Position numbers and translations under genes: made by a program. A stretch of 62,314 nucleotides of DNA, the filler included. It is 7 parts of 7 records of this genome, joined end to end, with 100 filler letters (N's around TTAATTAATTAA, not from the genome) between each part and the next. Parts side by side here need not be neighbours in the genome. Positions count along the whole stretch, not along the records: positions 12,753 to 25,982 come from DRR723986_10046; 6 more parts are not named here. One strand, 5' to 3'. The notes under the pieces were generated by a model. The model was not told the origin of the DNA. It saw nothing but the letters and a program-made list of their open reading frames with translations, and ran no database searches. Shown in pieces: positions 12,753 through 23,760 of this stretch (the first letter of the stretch is position 1; each line of letters starts with the position of its first letter).

Positions 12753-13389
12753 GAAATACACCTTCAACTACGAGGCGCTGAAATCGCTGAACGAAGGGGT
12801 GCAGATGCGGTCGGACTGGGTTCTGCCGATCTGCAACGGGCATGAACGCCTGAAGGATGAAAAGGGTGACAAGGCCCACCCGACGCAGAAACCCGAAAGC
12901 CTGCTGCACCGCATTCTGGTTGCAACAACAAATCCCGGTGACGTTATTCTGGACCCATTCTTCGGAACCGGAACCACTGGTGCGGTCGCCAAGAAACTGG
13001 GCCGCGATTACATCGGCATCGAACGCGAATCCGCCTATCGCGACGTGGCCGAGAAGCGCCTGAAATCCATCCGCAAGTTCGACCGGACATCGTTGGAGGT
13101 CACGACATCGAAACGGGCCGAGCCGCGCATTCCCTTCGGGCAACTGGTGGAGCGTGGCCTTCTGAACCCCGGAGAGGAACTGGTCAGCCCGCGCGGAAAG
13201 GTCGCCAAGATCCGCGCTGATGGCACGTTGGTGATGTCAGAGACCAAGGGCTCTATCCATCAGGTTGGCGCCAAGCTGGAAGGCGCGCCATCCTGCAACG
13301 GCTGGACCTATTGGCATTTCCGCCGGGAAGGGAAAACCGTGCCGATCGACATTCTGCGTCAGCAGATCCGGTCCGAACTCAGCGGCTGA
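12753..13389 (+). CDS. ccrM: Cell-cycle-regulated adenine methyltransferase, 5'-truncated
   Basis: QMRSDW, HPTQKPE, LDPFFGTGTTG; C-terminal GSIHQVGA...CNGWTYWH. Confidence 0.93.
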
Positions 13390-13448
13390 GAATACCAAGA
13401 AATTACCGCCCGTGCCTGTGGTCTGAAAGGTCGCGGCACGACACCTAT

Positions 13449-13483
13449 CCCCGCCCGCGGCAACGCGTTGGCGGGGCTTTTTT
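13449..13483 (+). terminator. Intrinsic terminator after ccrM
   Basis: CCCCGCC...GGCGGGG stem followed by CTTTTTT. Confidence 0.85.
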
Positions 13484-13494
13484 GTCATTGTGAC

Positions 13495-13527
13495 TGGACA
13501 TGCTGCGTTCTACCTACTAGTTGGTAG
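13495..13527 (+). promoter_or_regulatory. Promoter and palindromic operator of the TetR gene
   Basis: TGGACA-N17-TAGTTG; near-perfect palindrome CTACCTACTAGTTGGTAG at 13510-13527. Confidence 0.7.
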
Positions 13528-13529
13528 TC

Positions 13530-14105
13530 ATGAGTATGAAAGCCGACCTTCTGAACCACGCGGAAACCCTGACTCGCAGCCGGGGGATCGACGCGTTCAG
13601 CTATGCCGACCTTGCCGCCGCCACCGGTATCCGTAAGGCGAGCGTTCACTATCACTTCGCCACAAAAGCCGACCTGACTCGCGCATTGATCGACAACTAC
13701 GCTGCGCGCATCGCCGGCACGCTTTCCCAAATCGAAGCACAAACTGCGTCCGCCTCGCAGGCTTTGCGCGGCTTCCTCCAACTTTATCGCGACGCGCTTG
13801 GCACCGGTGACAGTCTGTGCCTCTGCGTGGCTTTCAGCGTCGCGACCGACAGCCTGCCCGAAGCGACCGTCATGCGGGTGGAGTCCTTTCGACAAGACAT
13901 GACAGCGTGGCTCACAACCCAGTTCGACCGCGGGCGACAGGATGGATCAGTCCGTAGCATGTCCGATCCAGCGCAGGAGGCCGCTGCACTCTTTGCCCTC
14001 GTAGAAGGCGCGCAACTCGTTGCTCGTGCCGCCCGCAATCCTGACCGCTTCACCGATGCGGTCTCGCAATTTTCCGACCGACTGATCATGGGAGCCACCC
14101 AATGA
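13530..14105 (+). CDS. TetR/AcrR family transcriptional regulator
   Basis: FSYADLAAATGIRKASVHYHFATKADL HTH. Confidence 0.9.
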   Translation: MSMKADLLNHAETLTRSRGIDAFSYADLAAATGIRKASVHYHFATKADLTRALIDNYAARIAGTLSQIEAQTASASQALRGFLQLYRDALGTGDSLCLCVAFSVATDSLPEATVMRVESFRQDMTAWLTTQFDRGRQDGSVRSMSDPAQEAAALFALVEGAQLVARAARNPDRFTDAVSQFSDRLIMGATQ

Positions 14106-14770
14106 AACTCAATGCCGATTTCTCCGAACGCGTCGTCATCCGGCCGGACGACTATACTTGGGTCGATTCCCCCGCCTCTGGCGTTCAACGGATGATGCTG
14201 GACCGGATCGGTGATGAGGTCGCCCGCGCCACGACCATCGTGCGATTTGCCCCGAACAGCAATTTCGATCCCCATACCCATGGTGGTGGAGAAGAGTTTC
14301 TGGTGCTTGAGGGCGTTTTCTCGGACGAACATGCCGACTACCCGGCGGGCACCTATGTGCGCAATCCGATCGGCAGCGCGCATCGGCCCCATATCGGGCC
14401 GGAGGGCTGCACGATTTTGGTGAAGCTTCACCAGTTTTCCGACCGGGATACCGAACAGAAGGCGGTTGCTACCCATGAGGAACCTTTCCTGCCCGGATCG
14501 CGCCCTGGCTTGACGGTCCTGCCCCTGCATTCACATGAAGCGGAAAATGTTGCGCTTGTCAGATGGGCCCCCGGCACGCGCTTTGCCGATCATGCCCATT
14601 GGGGTGGCGAGGAGATTTTCGTGATCGAGGGTACGTTTCAGGATGAACATGGCGATTACCCCGCCGGCACCTGGATCCGCAGCCCGCACCTGTCGCGCCA
14701 CAATCCGTGGTCGGACGAAGGCTGCCTGATCTATGTAAAGACCGGGCACCTGTTGGACATGGCCGCCTAG
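14102..14770 (+). CDS. ChrR-like tandem cupin protein
   Basis: Two repeats of HxHxGGEExxVxEGxFxDEHxDYPAGT. Confidence 0.88.
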   Translation: MKLNADFSERVVIRPDDYTWVDSPASGVQRMMLDRIGDEVARATTIVRFAPNSNFDPHTHGGGEEFLVLEGVFSDEHADYPAGTYVRNPIGSAHRPHIGPEGCTILVKLHQFSDRDTEQKAVATHEEPFLPGSRPGLTVLPLHSHEAENVALVRWAPGTRFADHAHWGGEEIFVIEGTFQDEHGDYPAGTWIRSPHLSRHNPWSDEGCLIYVKTGHLLDMAA

Positions 14771-15909
14771 CTGGCCCCCCGCGGCATCGGCGTCTTGCCC
14801 GTGTTATAGGTCCGCCAGTCCGTGATCTCCGGGTAATACATCTGTCGCCAATGGCGCACTTTCGGGTTCATGTGTTTGCGCCACAACGGCGGGATTAGCG
14901 CGAACAGCGTCATCGCCGGATAGCCAAGCGGCAGTTGCGGGGCGTCGATTTCCGAGTAGGTTTGCAACAAGGGGAAGCGCCGGTTCGGCTTGTAGTGATG
15001 GTCCGAGTGGCGTTGCAGGTTGATCAGCAGCCAGTTCGACACCCGATGCGAGGCATTCCAGCTATGCCGTGGCTGGACATGTTCGTATTTGCCGCCCCCG
15101 AGGTGCTTTCGGGTCAGCCCGTAATGTTCGATGTAATTCGTTAGCTCCAGCAGCGAAACCGCGATGAAGGCGGCGAACAGGAACAGACCAAGACCTGCCC
15201 ATCCACCGACGATCAGCACCAGTCCGACCATGCCACCCTGCAACGCCCAATAGCGCCAGAACGGATTGGCCGCGTCATGCCACGGCCGCCCCTTGCGGGC
15301 CAGCATCGCCTTTTCCGCGCTGAAGGCAGATCGCGGACAATCACGCAGCACCCGCCAGAAAAAACGGTGAAAGCCCTCGTTATAGCGCGCCGTCACAGGA
15401 TCGCGCGGGGTGCCGACATGGATGTGGTGGACCAGCAGATGTTCGCTGCGGAAATGGCTATAGAGCACGGATGCCATCAACAGATCGCCAAGCCAGCGTT
15501 CTAGGTTGTTCTTCTGGTGCATCAGCTCATGCGCATAGACGATGCCGATCCCGCCCGACATGACGCCCACACCGTAGAACAGCAGCAGTTTTTCCCATGT
15601 TGCCAAGTGGTCGGTATGCGTAGCGTACCAGATCAGCGACAGGACAGTGACAATCTGTATCGGGAACCAGACCAGCGTGACCAGCCGATACCAAAACAAC
15701 CCATCCTCGGGCGTTTCGGGATCAGGGTTTTCCTGATTGAGGCCGGAGATCGCATCCAGCAGCGTCGTCAGCCCGATGGCGTAAAGCGGCAGCAGCAGCA
15801 GCGCCAGCCCCCCGGCCCAGGCCCCGAAGACAGCCAGAGGCACCAGCAGAACCGACATCCAGAAGGGCAGGGCGTTTTGCAGTTTGGCAACCTGAGAGGC
15901 AGGGATCAT
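14767..15909 (-). CDS. alkB: Alkane 1-monooxygenase (membrane di-iron)
   Basis: HELMHQ, EHLLVHH, NYIEHYGL and LQRHSDHH His boxes. Confidence 0.93.
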   Translation of the reverse strand: MIPASQVAKLQNALPFWMSVLLVPLAVFGAWAGGLALLLLPLYAIGLTTLLDAISGLNQENPDPETPEDGLFWYRLVTLVWFPIQIVTVLSLIWYATHTDHLATWEKLLLFYGVGVMSGGIGIVYAHELMHQKNNLERWLGDLLMASVLYSHFRSEHLLVHHIHVGTPRDPVTARYNEGFHRFFWRVLRDCPRSAFSAEKAMLARKGRPWHDAANPFWRYWALQGGMVGLVLIVGGWAGLGLFLFAAFIAVSLLELTNYIEHYGLTRKHLGGGKYEHVQPRHSWNASHRVSNWLLINLQRHSDHHYKPNRRFPLLQTYSEIDAPQLPLGYPAMTLFALIPPLWRKHMNPKVRHWRQMYYPEITDWRTYNTGKTPMPRGAS

Positions 15910-15988
15910 CGCGGGGCCTTTTGGAGGGGATCATCGTAAACGGGTGACAAGGAACACGACCGCAGTCTTGCGCAAGTGACAGCGTATC

Positions 15989-17047
15989 TCAATCCTCTCG
16001 CCACGCGCTTTGCGTAAGGTCAAAGGCCTTGCGCATCACCGTGGGCAGACTGGCAGGGCGAAATGAATGGTTTGGCACGAAACTACCCCGGAGCGGGTCA
16101 ATCTCCCCTACCGTTGCCAGCCGCAAGGACAGGCGCAGGTGGAAATGGGTGAAGGTGTGGCGCACTTCCAGCCCGGGATCGTACCAGTTTGTGGCCAGTG
16201 GCGGGGCCTCTTGCGGGGAATCTTCGGTCCATTCCGAACCGGGCCACCCCAGCATTCCGCCGAGCAACCCCTTGTCCGGGCGGGTTTCCAGCAACCAGGC
16301 GCCATCATGGCGGCGGGCCAGATAGGCAATACCGAACCGGGTGGGTTTGGCCTTCTTGGGGGATTTGCGCGGTAGATCAGCGGCGATGCCCTCAGCCCGC
16401 GCCCGGCATGGCTCGCGCAGGGGGCAGATGCCACAGGCAGGATTGCGTGGCGTGCAGATCGTTGCGCCAAGGTCCATCACCGCCTGCGCATGATCACCGG
16501 GGCGGTGTGGTGGTGTCAGTCGGGCGGCGTGGGCTTTCAGCACCGGTTTGACCTCTGGCAACGCCGTTGTTTCCGCGAAAAGCCGGGACATCACACGTTC
16601 AACATTGCCGTCCATCACCGGTGCAGACCGATCAAACGCGATCGAGGCGATGGCTGCGGCGGTATAGGGGCCGATGCCGGGCAGGGTCAGCAACCCTTCC
16701 TCCGTATCCGGAAAGTGGCCGCCATGCTGATCTGCCACCACACGGGCGCATTTCAGCAAGTTGCGGGCGCGGGCGTAATAGCCAAGCCCGGCCCATTCGC
16801 CCATGACCTCTGCATCCTCTTCCGCAGCCAATGCCTCAACCGTCGGCCAACGTGTTGTAAATCGGTGGAAATAATCTTTCACGGCGGCAACCGTTGTTTG
16901 TTGCAACATGACCTCTGACAGCCAGACCGCATAGGGGTCGGGCAGGACGCCAGCCGCGCGATCTGCCGGGCTGACACGCCATGGCAAGGTACGGGCGTGC
17001 CGGTCGTACCAGTCCAGCAGGACGGAGCTGTAATCTTCGTCACGCAA
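15989..17047 (-). CDS. mutY: A/G-specific adenine glycosylase
   Basis: [18 protein letters not shown], HhH LPGIGPYTA, 4Fe-4S Cys cluster. Confidence 0.95.
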   Translation of the reverse strand: MRDEDYSSVLLDWYDRHARTLPWRVSPADRAAGVLPDPYAVWLSEVMLQQTTVAAVKDYFHRFTTRWPTVEALAAEEDAEVMGEWAGLGYYARARNLLKCARVVADQHGGHFPDTEEGLLTLPGIGPYTAAAIASIAFDRSAPVMDGNVERVMSRLFAETTALPEVKPVLKAHAARLTPPHRPGDHAQAVMDLGATICTPRNPACGICPLREPCRARAEGIAADLPRKSPKKAKPTRFGIAYLARRHDGAWLLETRPDKGLLGGMLGWPGSEWTEDSPQEAPPLATNWYDPGLEVRHTFTHFHLRLSLRLATVGEIDPLRGSFVPNHSFRPASLPTVMRKAFDLTQSAWRED

Positions 17048-17127
17048 GTTTTATGTCCCCGCCTGTTGCTGACCCATTGGTTCCCCCGCCCGGGAAGGAT
17101 AGATTGAAGGGAATGAAAGGAAACCCG

Positions 17128-17655
17128 ATGTCCGCAGCCCGGCCCACAATGCCGCCCAAGCCCCCCCGCCGCAAGCGCGGGTTCGAGGCCGCGTCCAAGC
17201 TGGTCGCCGGGCATTTGCGCGCGCCGCTGGAAAAGCGCGGGTTTTCCGAGGCCAAGCTGATCACCCATTGGCCAGAGATCGTGGGCGAAGAGATTGCCGC
17301 AAGTGCCATGCCGGTGAAGATTCGTCACGCCCATGGCGGGATCGGCACGACGCTGGTTCTGCTGACCACCGGCGGCCATGCGCCGTTGCTGGAAATGCAG
17401 AAAGACACGATCCGCCAGAAGGTGAACGCCTGTTATGGCTACAACGCCGTCAGCAAGGTGCAGATCACCCAGACTGCGCCTACCGGCTTCGCCGAAGGGC
17501 AGGTTCAGTTCAACGCCCGGCCCAAGCCCAAACCCGCGCCGAGCCCCGAGGTCTTGCAGGCAGCAGAGGCCGCCGCCGCCCCGATTCATGATGAACGTCT
17601 GAAAGAGGCGCTTGAACGCCTGGCCCGGAACGTTTTAACCAAGAACACGCATTGA
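17128..17655 (+). CDS. DUF721/DciA family protein
   Basis: KRGFSEAKLITHWPEIVG and VNACYGYNAVS; position between mutY and DsbA. Start uncertain. Confidence 0.8.
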   Translation: MSAARPTMPPKPPRRKRGFEAASKLVAGHLRAPLEKRGFSEAKLITHWPEIVGEEIAASAMPVKIRHAHGGIGTTLVLLTTGGHAPLLEMQKDTIRQKVNACYGYNAVSKVQITQTAPTGFAEGQVQFNARPKPKPAPSPEVLQAAEAAAAPIHDERLKEALERLARNVLTKNTH

Positions 17656-17666
17656 GGAGAGTATTC

Positions 17667-18380
17667 ATGTCCCGCACCCTTATCCTGTCCGCCCTGTCCG
17701 CTGCGATGGTGGCGCTTGGGGGTTACATCTACCTGACGGCATCGCAGTCGGTGAACCAGACCGCTGGCCAGCCCCTGATGGCCGCCAGCGCGCAAGAGGC
17801 TGGCAGCAGCGACGCTGCCCCCGCCGAAGCGGAAGAAATCGCCGCCCCCGAAGTGATCGAGATGGTCATGGGCGATGAAGATGCGCCGATCACCGTGATC
17901 GAGTATGCGTCCTTCACCTGCCCGCACTGTGCCCGCTTTCACGAAGAGGTCTATCATGATCTCGTGACGAACTATGTCGACACGGGCCATATCCGCTTTG
18001 TCATGCGCGAGGTCTATTTCGACCGCTACGGGCTGTGGGCCGGTATGGTGGCCCGCTGTGGCGGTCCGCTGCGCTATTTCGGGATTTCCGAGATGATCAT
18101 GGAAGAGCAGCGCGAATGGGTTCAGGGCGAACCGGCAGAGGTTGCCGCAAACCTGCGCCGTCTCGGCCTGCGTGCTGGCCTGACCAACGAAGCACTGGAT
18201 GCTTGCCTGACCAATAACGACATGGCACAGGCCATGGTGACCCTGTCGCAGGCTCAGGCCGAAGCCGATGAGGTTCAGGGCACCCCCAGCTTCGTCATCA
18301 ACGGCGAGATGTATTCGAACATGAGCTACTCGGCCTTTTCCGAAGTGCTTGACGGGCTGTTGGCCGATATCGAGGGATGA
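17667..18380 (+). CDS. DsbA family thiol-disulfide oxidoreductase
   Basis: EYASFTCPHCA and GTPSF; GAGGAG RBS upstream. Confidence 0.92.
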   Translation: MSRTLILSALSAAMVALGGYIYLTASQSVNQTAGQPLMAASAQEAGSSDAAPAEAEEIAAPEVIEMVMGDEDAPITVIEYASFTCPHCARFHEEVYHDLVTNYVDTGHIRFVMREVYFDRYGLWAGMVARCGGPLRYFGISEMIMEEQREWVQGEPAEVAANLRRLGLRAGLTNEALDACLTNNDMAQAMVTLSQAQAEADEVQGTPSFVINGEMYSNMSYSAFSEVLDGLLADIEG

Positions 18381-19483
18381 CCACACCGCTCGAAGGGCTC
18401 AAGGTACTAGAGCTTGCACGCATTCTGGCCGGCCCCTGGGCCGGTCAGACTCTGTCGGATCTTGGTGCCGAAGTAACCAAGGTCGAAAGCCCCGCAGGTG
18501 ACGACACGCGCCAGTGGGGGCCGCCGTTCATTGAACGTGACGGAGACAGAACCGCCGCTTATTTTCATTCCTGCAACCGGGGCAAACAGACCGTCGTCGC
18601 CGATTTCCGCACGCCCGAGGGGCAGGAACTTGTGCGCAAGCTGGCCATGGAATCCGACATCCTGATCGAGAATTTCAAGCTTGGCGGTCTGGCCAAATAC
18701 GGGCTGGATTACGAAAGCCTGTCCAAGATCAATCCGCGTCTGATCTATTGTTCCATCACCGGATTCGGGCAGACCGGCCCTTATGCGCATCGGGCGGGGT
18801 ATGACTATATCATTCAGGGCATGTCGGGGCTGATGTCGATCACCGGCGACCCGGATGGGCAACCGCAGCGCGTCGGTGTTGCTGTGACGGACCTGTTCAC
18901 CGGGCTCTATTCGGTCAACGGCATCCTCGCGGCGCTCTATCAACGCGAACGCACTGGCAAGGGTCAGCATATCGACATGGCATTGCTGGATTGCGCGGTG
19001 TCGATCACCGCCAATCAGGCGATGAACTATCTGACAACAGGGACGCCGCCGGGCCGGACGGGCAATTACCACCCGAACCTGACACCCTATCAGGTGTTCG
19101 ATTGCGCTGACGGCTTCATCATCATCGCCACCGGAAACGATGCGCAGTATCGGCGGCTGTGCGGGCTGTTGGGGTTGGAGGATATGGCGCAAGCGCCAGA
19201 GTTTCTGACCAATGCCGATCGCATTGCGAACCGAGAGGAAATGATCGCCCGCCTGATGGACCGCACCCGCCAGCGCAGCAAGGCCGACCTGCTTGCCGCC
19301 TGCGAAGCCGAAGGCGTGCCTGCCGGGCCGATCAATGATCTGGCAGAGGTGTTTGAAGACCCTCAGGTTCAGGCCCGCGGGATGCGAATTGACCCCGAAG
19401 GTGTGCCCGGCGTTCGCTCGCCCTTCACATTTTCAAATGCGGAGCTGAAGCTGGACCGTGCATCGCCCAAGCTGAAGCCCTAA
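18377..19483 (+). CDS. CaiB/BaiF family CoA transferase
   Basis: [31 protein letters not shown]. Confidence 0.93.
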   Translation: MTTPLEGLKVLELARILAGPWAGQTLSDLGAEVTKVESPAGDDTRQWGPPFIERDGDRTAAYFHSCNRGKQTVVADFRTPEGQELVRKLAMESDILIENFKLGGLAKYGLDYESLSKINPRLIYCSITGFGQTGPYAHRAGYDYIIQGMSGLMSITGDPDGQPQRVGVAVTDLFTGLYSVNGILAALYQRERTGKGQHIDMALLDCAVSITANQAMNYLTTGTPPGRTGNYHPNLTPYQVFDCADGFIIIATGNDAQYRRLCGLLGLEDMAQAPEFLTNADRIANREEMIARLMDRTRQRSKADLLAACEAEGVPAGPINDLAEVFEDPQVQARGMRIDPEGVPGVRSPFTFSNAELKLDRASPKLKP

Positions 19484-20463
19484 GACAGCAGTCGGTCGAG
19501 CGCCTTTTCCAGCGGGACGGGATTGTTCAGCCGCAATCGGACCGGCACGGTCAGAATTTTGGGCCGAAAGGATTGGGGCAGCCGAACGGCGTCCTTTTCG
19601 GTGGTGACCATTTGCGCCCCAAGCGCCCGCGCGTCCTGTTCCAGACGGGACAGCAAGGCGTCGGTCAATGGCTGGTGATCCGACAGGGGTTCGGCCCGCA
19701 AGATGTCTGCCCCCATTGCGCGCAAGGTTGCAAAGAACTTCTCTGGATGACCAATTCCGGCAAAGGCCAGAACAGGAAGACCATCGAAGGGCATGCCCGT
19801 CGGCAAGGGGTCGAGCTTACCTGTGATATGTGGCAGGGAAATCGTGTCGCCCCAGTCCCTATGGAACCTTGTTTGTGCGGCATCGGGGCCGATGGACAGC
19901 ACAAGATCCGCGCGGGCAAGTCCTGTGGCTACGGGTTCGCGCAACGGACCGGCGGGAATCACCCGGCCATTTCCGAACCCGCGCACGGCATCGACGACGA
20001 TGATCGACAGATCCTTGTGCAAGGCGGGGTTCTGAAACCCGTCATCCAGCAAGATAACCTCAGCGCCGGCTTGCACGGCAGCATCCGCCCCGGCGGCGCG
20101 ATCCTTTGCAACCCAGACCGGCAGGAAAGCCGCCAGCAGAAGGGGTTCATCGCCCACGCTTTCGGCACGGTCATTGGCCTCGTCCACCCGATGCGGCCCC
20201 TCGACCGATCCGCCATAGCCCCGGCTGACCACATGGGCGGCAATGCCGCGTTCCGTCAGGCGCTCGGCCAGTGCGATCACCGTCGGGGTCTTGCCGGTTC
20301 CACCCGCATTCAGGTTGCCGACGCAAATCACCGGAACGCCCGCGCGATGCGGCGTGGCCTTGCGCAGACGACGGGCGGTGGCCGCCGCATAGATGGCGCC
20401 AAGCGGTGACAACAGAAGGCTCAGCACCCCCGGTTTTTGATGCCAGAACCGCGGGGCCTGCAT
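19480..20463 (-). CDS. lpxK: Tetraacyldisaccharide 4'-kinase
   Basis: [33 protein letters not shown]. Confidence 0.95.
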   Translation of the reverse strand: MQAPRFWHQKPGVLSLLLSPLGAIYAAATARRLRKATPHRAGVPVICVGNLNAGGTGKTPTVIALAERLTERGIAAHVVSRGYGGSVEGPHRVDEANDRAESVGDEPLLLAAFLPVWVAKDRAAGADAAVQAGAEVILLDDGFQNPALHKDLSIIVVDAVRGFGNGRVIPAGPLREPVATGLARADLVLSIGPDAAQTRFHRDWGDTISLPHITGKLDPLPTGMPFDGLPVLAFAGIGHPEKFFATLRAMGADILRAEPLSDHQPLTDALLSRLEQDARALGAQMVTTEKDAVRLPQSFRPKILTVPVRLRLNNPVPLEKALDRLLS

Positions 20464-21761
20464 CAGTCTGCCGTCAGCCGCGGGGTGCGGTCCAGATGGT
20501 CGAACAGCATGTCGAGCGCCTTATCCGTCACTTCCGCCCCGGCGGAACAGACCTCCCATGCGGCATGGGCCATTTCGGCGGCACGGTCGGGATTCAGCAG
20601 GTCATTCACGGCGGTGGACAGCGTCTCTGGCGAAGAGACCAACCGAGAGGCCTTGGCCTCGGCCAGCCGTTGGAAGATATCGACGAAGTTGCTGACATAG
20701 GGGCCATGCAGAATGACCGATCCCAGTGCCGCCGGTTCAAACGGGTTGTGGCCGCCAATGGGTTCCAGCGACCCGCCAACAAAGCTGATCGGTGCAAGAC
20801 GATACCAAAGGCCGAGTTCGCCCAATGTGTCGGCCAGGTAGACTGTGGTATCGGGATCGGGCTGTTCGCCCGCGCTGCGGCGGGCAAGGCCGAAACCGCG
20901 CGCCTCGATCAGGGCGGCAATGTCATCTCCTCGATGCGGGTGTCGCGGGACCAGCACCAGCAGCAGACGCGGATTGACCTTGAGGGCCTGCTTGTGCGCG
21001 TCGAGGATCTTCTGCTCTTCGCCCTCATGGGTCGAGGCCGCGAGCCATGTGGGCCGCCCGTTTAACTGCCGGGCCAGGCTGGCACGCACGGTTTCGTCGC
21101 AGGGCAGAGCGGCAGCACCTTCCTTGAGCGTTCCGGTGACATGCAACCTTTCGCCCGGCAGCCCGAGATGGCGCAGATATGATCCTGTCAGATCGTCCTG
21201 AACATGCGCCTCGTCGAACCGTTCCAGCAGGCTGCGCACCATGCCGCGCAGAAACCGCCAGCGGTCATGGCTGGTTTTCGACATGCGGGCATTGATGATG
21301 ACCATGGGAATCGCGCGTGCCTTGGTTTCCACGATCAGGGCGGGCCAAAGCTCGCTTTCCGTCCAGACGGCCAAGGTCGGGCGCCAGTGATCGAGAAACC
21401 GGCGCACATAGGGCAAGGCGTCTACCGGTATGAACTGATGAAACGCCGAAGGTGGCAAGCGTGCCGCCATGACCTGCGCCGATGTGACCGTGCCGGTGGT
21501 CACAAGAAAATGCAGATCCGGCCGTTCCTCTGACATGCGGCGGATCAGCTCCAGCAGCGACAGCGATTCACCGACGCTGGCGGCGTGAAACCAGATCAGA
21601 TCGCCCTCGGGCCGTTCCATCCCCGCGATGCCGCGCCGTTCACCGATGCGGTCTGGGTCTTCCTTGCCCGCGTCCAGCCGCGACGAGAGTTTCTTCTCGG
21701 CGAACCGGGTGGCGCGGGCAGAGAAGGCCATATAGGCCGCTAGCGCAGGGGAAAACCGCAT
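20463..21761 (-). CDS. waaA: Kdo transferase
   Basis: [29 protein letters not shown]. Confidence 0.95.
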   Translation of the reverse strand: MRFSPALAAYMAFSARATRFAEKKLSSRLDAGKEDPDRIGERRGIAGMERPEGDLIWFHAASVGESLSLLELIRRMSEERPDLHFLVTTGTVTSAQVMAARLPPSAFHQFIPVDALPYVRRFLDHWRPTLAVWTESELWPALIVETKARAIPMVIINARMSKTSHDRWRFLRGMVRSLLERFDEAHVQDDLTGSYLRHLGLPGERLHVTGTLKEGAAALPCDETVRASLARQLNGRPTWLAASTHEGEEQKILDAHKQALKVNPRLLLVLVPRHPHRGDDIAALIEARGFGLARRSAGEQPDPDTTVYLADTLGELGLWYRLAPISFVGGSLEPIGGHNPFEPAALGSVILHGPYVSNFVDIFQRLAEAKASRLVSSPETLSTAVNDLLNPDRAAEMAHAAWEVCSAGAEVTDKALDMLFDHLDRTPRLTAD

Positions 21762-21775
21762 CAGGGAAACTGCTT

Positions 21776-22021
21776 TCAGCTATCGAGCTCTTCAGTGGGG
21801 GAGGCTTCCCGCTCTTCGTCACGAAGGCGGTGGATATGGGCGATGTAGTAGCGCATATGCGCGTTGTCCACCGTGCGCTGTGCTGCGTCTTTCCAGGCAT
21901 CATAGGCACTGGCGTAGTCGGGGTACATGCCGACGATGTCGATCGCGTCCACATCCTTGAAAGCGCTTTTGGTGGGATCAATCAGCTCGCCGCCGAAGAC
22001 GAGGTGCAGGCGTTGTGTCAT
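21776..22021 (-). CDS. DUF4170 family protein
   Basis: QRLHLVFGGEL...VDNAHMRYYIAHIHRL; typical position upstream of waaA. Confidence 0.85.
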   Translation of the reverse strand: MTQRLHLVFGGELIDPTKSAFKDVDAIDIVGMYPDYASAYDAWKDAAQRTVDNAHMRYYIAHIHRLRDEEREASPTEELDS

Positions 22022-22139
22022 GGGGGCCTCGGGGGTTGGTGCCATGGGTTGGCGGCACCCTAGGCATTTGAGGGCAGGGGTCAAGCGGGCCAGCCGTCGC
22101 GCCACAAGCAAGTGGATAACCCGCCAATGGGCAGAACAG

Positions 22140-22169
22140 AAAACGCGCCCCCGGTATTCCGGAGGCGCG
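22140..22169 (-). terminator. Intrinsic terminator after the symporter gene
   Basis: CGCGCC.CCGG / CCGG.GGCGCG stem, followed by TTTT on the minus strand. Confidence 0.7.
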
Positions 22170-22196
22170 CGGATCTTGTCGGAAGATGCAGGTTCG

Positions 22197-23741
22197 TTAG
22201 TGGAACTTGCGGATCTCGCCGGACTTCAACCGGGACAGGTAGCTGTCCAGCTCGCGCTTGACGATCGGCATCAGCAGATACAGCGCGACGATGTTGACCA
22301 CCGCCATAGCGAAGATCGCCGCGTCCGAGAAGTCGATCACCGGGCCAAGGCTGGCAGCGGCGCCGATCACCACGAAGATGCAGAAGATCACCTTGAACAC
22401 CAGTTCCTTGGTCTTGCCCTCGCCGAACAGGAAGGTCCAGGCCTTGAGACCGTAGTAGGACCAGCTGATCATGGTGGAGAAGGCAAAGAGGATCACCGCG
22501 ATGGCCAGCACGTATTTGAACCAGCCAAAGGCCGAGGAGAAGGCCGCCGAGGTCAGCGCCACGCCGGAATTGCCATCGACGGTCTGGATCATGTTGCTGC
22601 CTTCGTTCAGCAGGTAAAGACCGGTTTCAGGGTCGGATACCAGCTGACCGGTGATGATAATCACCAGGGCGGTCATGGTGCAGATCACGACCGTGTCGAT
22701 GAAGGGTTCCAGCAGCGACACAAAGCCCTCGGTGATCGGCTCTTTCGTCCGAACCGCCGAGTGGGCAATCGCAGCAGAGCCAACCCCCGCCTCGTTCGAG
22801 AAGGCGGCCCGCTTGAAGCCCTGGATCAGTGCGCCCACCATGCCACCAGCGACGCCGAGCCCGGTGAAGGCCCCTTCGAAGATCTGGCCAAAGGCCCAAC
22901 CGATCATGTTGGCGTTCATCAGCAGAATGACCAATGCGGTCACGACATACAGCACACCCATGATCGGAACGACCTTTTCGGTGACTTTCGCGATGGATTG
23001 CAGGCCACCCACGATCACCGCAAACACGATGCCCGCGAAGATCACGCCGGTGATCCAGCCGGGGTAGTCGCCCACCACGTTAGTCAACTGTGCATGGGCT
23101 TGGTTGGCCTGGAACATGTTGCCACCGCCAAGCGCGCCGAGAATACAGAAGATCGAGAACAGGATCGCCATGGCCTTGCCGCCGGGGATGCCACGTTCCG
23201 CGAAGCCCTTGGTCATGTAGTACATGGGGCCGCCCGAAACGGTGCCATCGGCATATTCGTTCCGGTATTTCACGCCAAGCGTACACTCGGTGAATTTCGA
23301 CGCCATGCCCATGAGGCCCGCGAGGATCATCCAGAAGGTTGCGCCCGGGCCACCGATGCCGATGGCGACGGCCACCCCTGCGATGTTGCCGAGGCCAACT
23401 GTGCCCGACAGCGCGGTTGCAAGCGCCTGGAAGTGGCTGACCTCACCGGCGTCATTCGGGTCGGAATAGTCGCCTTTCACAAGGGCGATGGAATGCGGGA
23501 AGGCACGGAACTGGATCAGCCCGAAATAGACCGTGAAGATCGTAGCAGCAATCACCAGCCAGGCCACGATCCAGGGGAAGGTTGTGCCGGGGAAGGGGCT
23601 GAAGATGAAGTTGACGAACCAACCGGTGGAGTTCGCGAAGATCTCGTTGACCTGCTCGTCGATGGACTGGGCCATGGCGGGTGCGGATGCAGCCAGCCAG
23701 GCCGTCGCGGCGGTTGCCGCGGCCTTGTAATGCGTTTTCAT
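22197..23741 (-). CDS. Alanine/glycine:cation symporter (AGCS family)
   Basis: ALSGTVGLGNIAGVA, GGPGATFW, FSNEAGVGSA. Confidence 0.95.
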   Translation of the reverse strand: MKTHYKAAATAATAWLAASAPAMAQSIDEQVNEIFANSTGWFVNFIFSPFPGTTFPWIVAWLVIAATIFTVYFGLIQFRAFPHSIALVKGDYSDPNDAGEVSHFQALATALSGTVGLGNIAGVAVAIGIGGPGATFWMILAGLMGMASKFTECTLGVKYRNEYADGTVSGGPMYYMTKGFAERGIPGGKAMAILFSIFCILGALGGGNMFQANQAHAQLTNVVGDYPGWITGVIFAGIVFAVIVGGLQSIAKVTEKVVPIMGVLYVVTALVILLMNANMIGWAFGQIFEGAFTGLGVAGGMVGALIQGFKRAAFSNEAGVGSAAIAHSAVRTKEPITEGFVSLLEPFIDTVVICTMTALVIIITGQLVSDPETGLYLLNEGSNMIQTVDGNSGVALTSAAFSSAFGWFKYVLAIAVILFAFSTMISWSYYGLKAWTFLFGEGKTKELVFKVIFCIFVVIGAAASLGPVIDFSDAAIFAMAVVNIVALYLLMPIVKRELDSYLSRLKSGEIRKFH

Positions 23742-23760
23742 GATGTGTCCTGATTAATGA

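Noticed and set aside
21927-23753. Long antisense ORFs (608 aa here; also 10076-11512 and 35591-37069)
   Set aside because: Typical high-GC shadows of well-supported genes on the opposite strand.
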